The position numbers and the translations under genes are program-made. A stretch of 64,000 bases of DNA from NCBI GenBank assembly GCA_043228905.1, contig JBHGNT010000022.1:2356001-2420000 (forward strand), given 5' to 3'. The stretch comes from Azolla caroliniana (Eukaryota; Plantae; Polypodiophyta). Position 1 is the first letter of the stretch; every line of letters starts with the position of its first letter. Of this stretch, positions 24,385 to 35,200 are shown one piece after another. The notes under the pieces were generated by a model. That model saw only the letters and a program-made list of their open reading frames with translations. It made no database searches and was not told the DNA's origin.

Positions 24385-24836
24385 TATCATGATATGGCAA
24401 GACTCGAACCCATGACCTTATGCTACATGGGTCGAGCTCTTACCATTAGACTATGAATTGTAATTTGTAGGATATTATTTTCATTTATGCTTTATCATAG
24501 AAAATTGATTTATATTCCAGATCTCTCTGGAACATTCTAGAAGCTTTAGGCTTATTCCTAAAAACACTATAAAAGGAGGCACAAAGCATTGTTTTGAACC
24601 AAATTGCTTCAACACCAGTCTTAAGCCTCTTAGCCGCTTTGTACTTATCTTTCACATAATATATTAGCTGATGTCATCATCTCTCTCTCTCTCTCTCTCT
24701 CATTCTCGCTATCTCTCTCTCTCTCCTCTTCTCACTTCCTCTCTCGGGAGTCTTACGCAGTCCCGTCCCCTTAGTACTAATAGTACTACTCTTCTTTAGT
24801 ACTCATTCCATCTCTGTTTTAGTACTATTCCTGACA
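24385..24836 (+). repeat. D 5' LTR
   Basis: T(A/G)TCA...TGACA termini; TATAAAAG at ~24568; (CT)n tract; matches the 3' LTR. Confidence 0.93.
24401..24453 (-). promoter_or_regulatory. tRNA-type Pol III A-box/B-box cassette in D LTR (antisense)
   Basis: Minus strand TAGTCTAATGG-N33-GTTCGAGTC; also at ~39644-39696 and twice in 54313-54449. Confidence 0.7.
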
Positions 24837-24838
24837 AT

Positions 24839-24849
24839 TTGAACCAATT
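24839..24849 (+). promoter_or_regulatory. D self-priming-type primer-binding site
   Basis: TTGAACCAATT lacks the TGG start of a tRNA PBS and is complementary to AATTG(G/C)TTCAA about 30 nt downstream of the LTR TATA box. Confidence 0.8.
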
Positions 24850-24906
24850 TTCCTCCTCCAGCCTACTTGTCACTCTCCCTCATCCTCCTACCCTTTTCCC
24901 TATACT

Positions 24907-27900
24907 ATGGCTACTGTTAGCGCCCAAGAATACCAATCGTTTTCTTCGAGCTACAGTGCCTAAAAGAAAAGTTTGTTGCCCTGGAACAAGAAAACCAACG
25001 GTTGATAGGGGATCTGCAACAAATCACTCTAGAAAAACAACAAACGCAACAACAACATGGGGAGTTAGCGCTACGGGTACAACAGCTCGAAGCAGCGTTG
25101 CAACAACAAGGATCAAGTCCCCAAGGATTTCATAAAGAGCCCAAGATTGGACTTCCTGTGAAATTTGATGGAACGCGATCGCAATTCCGGGGATTCCTTA
25201 ATCAGGTATGCTTAGTCATCTAGATGCATCCTTCCCGATATCCCACTGATGCATCTCGAGTCGGCCTAATAGGCATGCTACTTAGCGGCTCAGCCTTGGC
25301 ATGGTTCGCTCTGCTTCTAGAAAAACAATCGCCCTTGCTTAATCACTTTGAAGATTTTATTGGTGAGGTTAAAGCCTGCTTTGGAGATACCGACAGCATC
25401 AGGACGACGATCAACAAGATCCGAAGATTGCGTCAAGGCGATCGTCCAGCCTCTGCCTACGCGGCAGATTTCCGTCTACTCGCCTCAGATATCCCCTGGG
25501 ATGATCAGGCCCTCATGGAGCAGTTTCGCTACGGCTTGTGCAACGATGTCAAAGACTTGCTTTTAACCTTCGCCGAAGAACCAAAGTCTCTTATAGAGGC
25601 AATCAGTCAAGCGGTTCGATGCGACAACAGCCTTTTCGAACGGCGTTCGGAATGTCAGTTACAAATACCACGCTCTCGGCCGGAACCCACATACGCCTCA
25701 GTCACAGCTAAACCGTTTGCACGCGATGTACCTCAAGCCAATATTCCGACACCGATGGAGATCGACACCATGCGTCGACGCGGCCCATTATCGGAAGAAG
25801 AAAAGCAACGAGGACGTGCCAATCGATTATGTCTTTATTGCGGTGGACTAGGGATATCGCCATCAATTGTCCCCATAGGCCAAGAAGACAGGTAAATCAA
25901 ATCGTCGCCTGTACTAAACCCGAGTCAATTCTTCCCTTCGGAGTGTCTGATAGTATTAATAGTACTAATAGAGTGTCAGATAGTATTCATAGTACTAATA
26001 GCCCAAGTATCTCAAATAAATTTGAAATCCTTAGTCAATTAGATGAAGAGTTAAATGATTGAGTCCAGCCAAAATAGGAGTCGTTTGGTTGGACAACAGC
26101 CCTAGATCTGTACAGCCCATTAGTGGTTCCATTCCTTCCAAGCAAGTTAGCAATGTGTTCCTAGCCCAAGTCATTGTTAGTACTAAAAGTACTCCCCCAA
26201 TACCCGTCCTAGCACTTTTAGATTCCGGAGCTAATTCCTGTTTCATGGATCGAAATTTTGCCCAAGCTTCTCAGATATCCTTAAGAAAACTTCCTTGTCC
26301 CGCATCTGTAGTAGTCATTGATGGTCGCCCATTGCTTCCGGGAATATTGTAGAAGAATCAGAACCCATTCAAGTTGTCCTAGGTACTTTTGTGTGTGTAA
26401 TATCATTTAATATAATTAGTAGTCCAGAGCATCCCATTGTCCTAGGATTACCTTGGTTTGAATTACATAATCCAGCCATAGATTGGAGAACAAGAGAAGT
26501 CCGATATCGACTACCCCAAGAATCAACTCACCGAGTTTCGACCATTTCACTCCATCAACTACGCGAAGAAGGACCCAAGGAGGCAATGTTCCTATTTGCA
26601 ATATCAATACATCCTTCCAGCACTATTAAGAAGGACTCCTCAGAGTACAACTTCCAGAAAAATATCATCCTTATGCCGATGTATTTGACAAGGTAAAAGC
26701 CAATACCCTTCCTCATCACCATCCCTATGACTGTCCCATCGATTTACAACCAGAAACCGAGCCACCATGGGGACCAATTTACAACTTGTCACCCACCGAG
26801 TTAGAGGTCCTTCGAGCCTACATAGAGGAGAACTTGGCAAGCGGGTTCATCCGTCATTCGAAATCTCCGGCCGGTGCACCCATCTTCTTTGTCAAGAAGA
26901 AAGATGGCTCACTTCGTCTCGTCGTTGATTACCGCGGATTGAATAAATTCACCATCCGGAATAGGTATGCACTTCCTCTTATATCAAGTCTTTTAGAGCG
27001 AGTTAATGGTGCCAAGTTTTTTACTAAAATTGACCTACGAGGAGCGTATAACCTCGTGCGGATTCGACCAGGAGATGAATGGAAGACCGCCTTTCGCACG
27101 CAGTATGGGCATTTCGAGTATACTGTTATGCCGTTCGGCCTAACCAATGCACCCGCAGTCTTCCAACACATGGCAAATGATATATTCAGAGACCTCTTGG
27201 ATATCTGTTTGATCATCTATCTGGATGATCTATTGATTTATTCAAAGACCCAGGAATGGTCTTTATGCCAAGCTAGAAAAATGTAGCTTTGATTGCAAGC
27301 AAGCAGAATTTCTAGGCTACGTCATCTCCTCAAAGGGCATCGCCATGGATCCAGCTAAAATCCAAACTGTACTAGAGTGGCAAATTCCACGGTCGGTACG
27401 AGATGTACAATGTTTTCTAGGTTTTGCTAACTTCTACCATAAGTTTATACAGGATTACTCGAAGATTATTTTACCTCTCACACAACTTACGAAGAAGGGC
27501 CAAGCATTTCTTTGGTCCATCGAAGTAGATATGGCTTTTCGGCATCTTAAGAAAGCCTTTACATCAGCACCGATTCTAGCTCATGTGGATACAAGAAAAC
27601 CATTCATCATGTGGACGCATCAGATTTCGCCCTCGGTAGCATCCTTTCTCAACAAGGAGATAAAGAAGAGTTGCATCCGGTGGCTTTCCATTCGCGCAAA
27701 TTCGATGTCGCAGAAATCAACTATGAAATACATGACAAGGAATTATTAGCCATCGTGGATTCATTTGTGCAATGGCGGCATTTCTTAGAGGGCTCTCCAC
27801 ATCAGGTCATTGTCTTTAGCGATCATAAAAATCTTGCTTATTTTCAGAACGCTCGCGTACTAAATCGACAGCAAGCTCGGTGGGTGCAATTCCTCACGCG

Positions 27901-28485
27901 TTTCGATTTCAAAATCACATATCGACCGGGGAAGCAGCAAGGAAAAGCAGATGCACTATCACGGCGTTCATATCTTGCACCTCGTCCTGGTGATGCAACA
28001 TTTGATAATCAAAAGCAAGTAATCTTGGGACCAACACGATTGCACACGATGCGGATTTTTCACACCCCGATGGATTCACGGATTACCGATGACATACGTG
28101 CAACCTTGAAAACAGACATTGAGACATCCTGGCGCACATTGATACTTCTGGGGCATCCTGTTCTCGGTCTCAACAACCAGGTATTGACTACCGACAATTC
28201 GAATATCATGATGGTTTGTTATTCTTTAAAAAGCGCGTATATGTCCCCGATTGCTCCTGTCGCCTTCAAATCGTCCAACATTGTCACGACACCCATATGG
28301 CGGGACATTTCGGTAGTACTAAGACGTTGGAGCTAGTGCAACGATCTTTTTGGTGGCCCCACATGCGCCGTTTTGTCGACGACTACGTTCGGACCTGTGA
28401 TGCTTGCTGTCGAGCAAAGATGCCACGACACCATCCATATGGTTTGTTGGAACTCTTACCGATTCCAAGTAAGCCGTGGCAGTCT
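24907..28485 (+). pseudogene. D gag, protease, RT, RNase H and integrase N-part
   Basis: EPKIGLPVKFDG (PEG10/sushi-like Gag), [48 protein letters not shown] zinc finger. Confidence 0.93.
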
Positions 28486-28924
28486 TGTTGTCTGCCTGGC
28501 CGGACTATCCTCAACACAGGTGTCTATCCGACACTTCTCCAAAGGGGTGGTAAGGATTGGATGCTAGGTTACACGCGTAACATGATTACCCTAAGCACAG
28601 ACGGTAAAACAATACAAAGATAAAGATAAACATGCAATAATTACTTTTGTATTACTTCCGTAAAGCCTTTACAAATCATCGGATCCTTTTATAGGCATCC
28701 GGCAAGGTTACAATCGTTGCGCTTAGGCAACCGGCATCCGAATCGGTCCGGATCCGGATCGGTACAACTGTACCGGATCCGTCCCTCCGAATAATAATTA
28801 TACTATTATTTACTTCCTATTATCCGATCCGACTCCGCCTTCCCACTTGTCCTTGCTCTTCTGACCGGTCAACACATGGCACGCCCGTGGGAAAGTGCCT
28901 TGCACTTCGAATCCACTCCCGGCC

Positions 28925-31839
28925 TCATTCTTCCTCCAAAATATCGAGCACACTCTGCTCGAAGGTATCAAGTGGTGCTTCTTCCTCCAATTCCTATTCC
29001 TTGCCTGCCTGGTCTCCGACCTCCGGTTGGGTTGGTTGTTCCGTAAAAATTTGCGGCTCCGGCTGTGCTTGATTCTGTGGTGCCGGTGCTTCCTCACCTC
29101 TTCGTCCGGGTTCTTCCTGTTCTCCCTCCGTTCCAGGCTCTATTCTGTTACCCGTGTCGCTTTCTCCGGTCTCGACTGGTCGGCTCGGTGCGCCTTCTTC
29201 CTCTGCTCCGGTGTCTTCCGGTCTCAGCTCTTCTTCTTCTCCGGCATCGATCTGCACCTGCTCTTCTTGAGAACGGAAGTTCTTCTTCGGGTATAATTCC
29301 TTGTCGGGGTTGTTCGGTGTTGGTTGGTTCAGCTTCCGCCGGTCGCTCTCCCTCACTTATAGTGATTGGCGTCGTTCTTCCCTTGGCTTCCTGTCTTAAC
29401 CGGTCCTGCTCATATTTCTCCAACTCCAACTGAGTTGCGAGCTGCCCGTCATCCAACCTCTCTACCAACCCTCGGATTTCTTTGAGATGTTCTTCCGCTA
29501 AAGCGTAGAAATCCTCCGACAATTCTTCCCGAATGGCGACGATACTTTCTTCATCCATCTTGTAGAACTTGTCACCGGTCTTCCTCCGATTCTCGGCATC
29601 AGCTCGGAGTGTCTGCAGCTCGGCTGCCTGTTGTGACCACTCCTTCCATAGCTTTTCCGTACTTTCGTTGATGCTTGCCTGAGCTCGGGTACTCCAACAT
29701 GACATGATGAGCTTGATCCGGTCAACCCCCGCCTTAGCATGCGCATAAGCTTCTTTCTTTTCCTTCCTTGCCCGTTTTATAATGTCGGCCATTATCTGAG
29801 CCTGGGCTTCGTAATCCGCTTTCTGCTTTTCATAGGTACTTTTGCAGTTTGTTGATCGTGAAGGTCGATCTTTCCTTTTCTTCATTCCTGATCTTGGTCA
29901 GATCCAGCTTTTCCCGCCTTAGCGCCTCTAATTCCTTCCTTCTCTCCGTCACTTGGGTTATTTCCTCTGACAATGCTTCCTTTTTGGCACTGACCTCGTC
30001 CATTGTCTTAGCCAGGTCTAATCGAGTCTCTTTGAGCTGTTCTTTCAGCTTCTCTATTTGCCGGTCGTAGTTTGCTGCCCGTTTCTTGTTGTTCGACTCG
30101 GCCTGCTTGTGATCTCGGTAGAGTCGGTCGAAGTCCTCCGTCTTCTGCTTCAGGCGTCGGCTTACCTGAGCTCTTAACTGGTCGTCCCGGTCCTTCTATT
30201 GTCGGAGTTCTTCCTGCAATCGTTCTATCTCCTGCTCGGCCTGTCGACGCAGTCGGTCCTTCTCCTTTTGTAGCTGCTCTTTTTCTTCTTGCAGTCGGTC
30301 ATTAGTGGCTCGACCTTTCCGGAGGCCTTCTTCCATTTTCCGTCTGTTGTCCTCCACCTCTTTCCGCTGCTCCCTTTCTTTTTCCCTTAATACCTCCTGA
30401 GCTTTTAACTCCTCTCACAAGGTTTCTATTATTTTTTCGGTCTCAGGGCCGGTTTGCAAGGCTACCGGTTCCGGTTCCGGTTCTGGTTGCTTCCTTGTTG
30501 TTCCGACCGGCTCGGTGACAACTTGTGCTTGTTGAATTCCTTCCCTCGCCTGCAACAACTCCCCTTGCAATTCCTGGATCTGTGTTCGGAGCGCGACCAA
30601 CTCCTGGGTTGTTGTATGCATCAGGTGTTGCCTACACATTTCTTCTTCCTCTAACTGGTCCGCTAGTCCCGATACCTACTCCGAAAGCCATCTCAGCCAT
30701 TGTGGCCTTGTGCTTCCTGTGTCGGAGTAGCATTGCTCACTTCTACTCCTTAACTCAGGCTGTTTTTCCGGCCTTTTCTCTGGCTCCGACGCTTGTTCAT
30801 TCCTCTTCTCTGGAGTGACTGGTTCTCTGAAGTCCGGCAAAACCGGTGTCGGTGCTGCTTCCCTCGGTACGGGTTCTGGTACTGCTTCCGCCCCGGCTAC
30901 TGGAGGTGGTCCTTGCGCCCTCTGCTGAGTTTTGTCAACTGGTGGAGCCGGTCCTCTCGCCCGTCTCTCCCGACCTTGTCTTGCTGGGAGTCTTACCAGT
31001 GGTTCGGATGAGTCTTCTGCTTCAGCTTCCTCCTCCGGTGCGGCTACCAGACGAACCTTTTGTATAAAGACCTCTGGTTCTGGTTCCGGCCATCGCAGCG
31101 TTATATTGATTGGTTTGAGCGCTACCGGTTCCTCCTCGGCTGATTTTCCTTTGCCTTTTCTTGCCGGTTTTGCCTTTGTTGCCGGTTCTTGTTGCTGTCG
31201 GGATGGTCCTTCCTCCCGCTGTTTTGCTTCTTCCTGGGTCCATCCGGGGGTGTGTTTCTCCAGGATATGTCGGCGCTTTGTGACCTTTTTCGGCGTCGTC
31301 TCCTGCCGACCTCTTTTCTTTTGTTTGATGGGGAGCACCGGTGGGACTAACACCGTTAGCCATTGTGCTATCCCGGCCCATGGCTTTTTTCCTTCCACAA
31401 GGTTCTTGATGGCCTCCTTCAATCCTTCGGTTATGAAATGGAGCCAGTTCACTTGTAATCCTTCGTACGTTGCAATTAGGAACGTTGCCCGGTACCCGGC
31501 TATGGCCGGGGGACGCGAATTCACGAATTCGTATTCCATCATGGCGCGGGCCACTTCTCCGAACAGCAGGTTCTCTCCGCCCTGTGTTCGGTATGCCTTG
31601 TTGCTGATGGAATACTCAGCGAAATATTCGAACAGGATTTCACTTGAAGGGTTTTCGATTGTTTGAAGTCCTCTTGCTTTTATCCCTGTGAGCGCCTGCA
31701 CCGCTCCTGTGATTTCTGATAAATCAATCGATGTTGCCGCTTGTTCTGGTTCTGCGTGTGGTGGAGCGTCGGCGATCCGCAACAATCCTTCTAACCCGTT
31801 CTCCATCATCCATTGGCGTGCCTCTTCCGACAATGCCAT
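28925..31839 (-). pseudogene. A2 extra ORF3
   Basis: MALSEEARQW... through ...SVLDILEEE*; collinear with A1 ORF3 but carrying different lesions. Confidence 0.88.
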
Positions 31840-32254
31840 TGGTTCGAATTCTTCTTCTGTTGTCTGTTGTTCGGGCTCTGGATGTGTGTGCGCTGTGCGT
31901 CGGATCTCTCTTCTGTGCTTCTACGCCTGTGTGTAGGAAAATTCGTAAAAAGTAAGTCCTTCGCAGGCCTGTGTCTTATATAGTCGCTTTTGCCTTGAGC
32001 CGCCCTTTTTCGTTTCTCGCGCATGTCTATCTCCCGCCATAATTAGTATGTCCTTTCTTGCTTGCCGCGTGTGAGTAATACCTCGTACATCGGTGCCCAC
32101 GTTCTATGCTTTAAATAGCAAGTACGCGCACGTCCTCGTTTACTGCATGGCGCCTCTTCGTTGCATGGTGGCGCTCCCACCTCTTGTGATCTCCCCATCA
32201 TTACTATGATATATATATATATATTTTATTTTTTTTCTGTTTGTTTGGACCACG

Positions 32255-35200
32255 TCATTTTCTGGTCCCCCTCGATTTGTTCGGGTCGGCTCGCGCTGAT
32301 ACCGGATCCTTCTGTCGGTTTTCTGGGATAGTCTTTGTCAGTATCGGTGTCGGTTCTTCCTCGGTCCGGATATCTGCAGCAGCGTCTATCGGTGTTGGTT
32401 CCTCATCATGCCGGATTTCCGGGTTTTGCTTGAACGGGTTGGCTGGCATATTTCCCTTATACAGCTTTAGCTGAAACCCATTTGCCCACTTACTGATGAC
32501 TTCTCCAGACAACGTGCTGAGCTGATACGACCCATTGTACCGCTTGGTGATCCAAAACGGTCCGGTCCACCGAAACCGCAACTTTCCCGGCATGTTCCCC
32601 ATCCGTGTCTGGAACAGTAGCACCGGTTTCCCGACTTCGAACTCCTTTTCGTTGCCACGCCGGTGTCGGTCCACGAAAGCTTTTCTCCTCCTTTGCTCCA
32701 GTTCGAGTTGTAGTAAGCTGGCTATTCGGTTTTCGTCTAATTCAAACAACGTCGCCAGCCGGATTCGTTCGGACTCCTTCTCACTTAAGCGCTCCTTTAC
32801 CTGGATCCGTAAGCTGGGGATCTGGAACTCTACCGGCATGACCGCTTCTAAACCGAATGCTAGTCGGAACGGGGTTGTCCGGATGCTGGTTTTGTACGTT
32901 GTTCGGTACGCCCATAGCGCGCTCTGCAATTTCGTATCCCAGTCGGTCCGGTTCTCGTTGACGATTTTTCGTAGGATGTTCTGCAGATTTTTGTTCGTCG
33001 ATTCCGCTAGTCCATTGGCTTGAGGGTAGTAGGGAGTACTCCTTTTATGTACCACCGCGTAAAATGACGTCAGGCTTTCTACTACCTGCCCGAGAAAGTG
33101 TCCTCCTTGGTCACTTATAAGCTCGATCGGGCATCCATACTGGCACCATATGCACTCGTATAGGAACCTTGCCGTGGACGCGGCCGTGTTGTCCCGTAAG
33201 GCCTTCGCTTCTACCCATTTGGTGCAATAGTCGGTCGCCACTTTGACATACCGATTTACGGTTCGCATTGCCGGTGGCTTGAAGGGACCGACAAAGTCCA
33301 AACCCCACTTTTGAAACGGTTCCAATGGCAAGACCGGGTGGTGTGGCATCCGGGCCTGCTCCGTGGGTTGGCCCAGTCGTTGACACAAATCGCATTCTCT
33401 GCTATACTTCACGACATCTTTTAGGGTGGTGGGCCACCACAGTCTGCTCTGCCATATTTTCCGAGCGGTTGCGTCGCCGGCATAATGCCCGTCGGCAATT
33501 CCACAGTGGGCTTCCCTGAGGATTAGATCCTTCTCATCGCTCTGCACTACTCGTCTCCAGATGCCATCTGCCCCTTTGTGATAGAGGGTGTCTCCAACCA
33601 AGCAGAAATGTCTGCTTCTTACTGCTACCCTTTTCCTTTCATCGCGGTCCATGTTCTCCGGTGCTCAGGAACTGATGCATCTCAGTTAGCCACGTGTCTT
33701 CATCGGCTACTGTTGCATCCGTTGCCGGTTTCGTCGTGATCCGGAACAACTCGGCGTCGGGGAACTCATCCTGGACGCCGTCCCCTACTTCTCCGGATTC
33801 GAGTCTGCTTAGGTAGTCCGCTACCCTATGCTGCGCCCCGGGTCGGTGGAAAATGTCGAATTCAAATTCCTGTAACAGCAGTGTCCATCGTGCAATTTTT
33901 CCCGTCAGGGATGCCTTCGAGACCAGGTAGAGTAGTGCCGAATGGTCGACATGGAAGGAAAACTTCCTTCCGAGCAGATAGTGCCTGTACTTTGTGACAC
34001 TATACACCATTCCTAATGCCTCGCGTTCCGTCGTAGAGTAGTTCCGTTCGGCTTTTGAGAGTTTCCGGCTTGCGTAGTACACCGGTTGGTACCATTTCGG
34101 CTCCGTGAGTTGCATCAGAACGCTGCGGATTGCTACGTCCGACGCGTCGACGAAGACGTGAAAGCTTTTACTCCAATCCGGCGGTTGCACCACCGGAGCT
34201 TGCGACAGCATAACCTTCAACGCTTGGTAGGCTTCCTCCTCCGTCTCCGCCCATAGGAAGGGTACCCTGTGTACGGCGGTATGCAATGGTGTAGCAAAGT
34301 TTGCGAGGTGCCGTATCATCCGGCTATGCCACCTTATTTGGCCCAGGAACCGGCTTAAAGCCTTTGCGTTATTTGGTGCTGGTGCCTCGAGAATCGCCTT
34401 TACTTTATCCGGATCTACCGCGATTCCTTCCTTACTCACCACGTGCCCTAGTAAGTTGCCGCTTGCCACTCCAAAGACGCACTTGGCCGGGTTCAGACTC
34501 AACCGGTACTCGCGGCACTTCTCCAAGCACAGCCGGAGGTGATCGAGATGCTCTCCGTGCCGGCTGTAGACCGCGAAATCGTCAAGGAAGACCTACATAA
34601 AACCGGGAATATATTCCCCGAAAATTTCCATTATTATCCTTTGAAAGGTCGCTGGGGCCGTCTTTAGTCCGAACATCATCACGACCGCGACGAACACTCC
34701 CCATTCCGTAACGAACGTTGTCTTTTCGTGGTCGGCCGGGTTCATTCGTATTTGGTTGTAACCGCTAAATCCATCCAGGAAGCTGTAAACTTCGTGGCCG
34801 GCTACCGCATCTAACACCCCGTCCGTAAATGGTAGTGGAAACGCATCGGTCACTGTTGCGACATTTAGTTTCCGGTAGTCAACGCATACCCAGATTTTGC
34901 CGTTCTTTTTCGGGACCACCACTATCGGACTCAGCCAGGTTGCCTGCTTGACCGGTCGGATAAATCCGACCCGGAGGAGTTTATCAATCTCCTCCTTCAC
35001 CTTTGCCGCATAATTCAGATTCATCCGGTACCTGCGTTGAGCAATCGGTTTCGCGTCCGTACTTAGGTGAATTTGGTGCTGATAGAGCTGGGGGTCCAGC
35101 CCTCGCATGTCTTCGTACGACCACGCGAACACATCCTTGAAGTCTGTTAACAATGCTACCATTGCCTTCTTTTCTTCCTTCGGTAATTCCTTTGCAACAT

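Noticed and set aside
24395-24455. Functional tRNA genes at the A/B-box cassettes
   Set aside because: Acceptor, anticodon and T stems do not pair convincingly; only the boxes and spacing persist.
24760-24830. Repeated TAGTACTA palindromes in D U5 and a 30-bp duplication at ~25941-26000
   Set aside because: Real but short and AT-rich; no function can be supported from the sequence alone.
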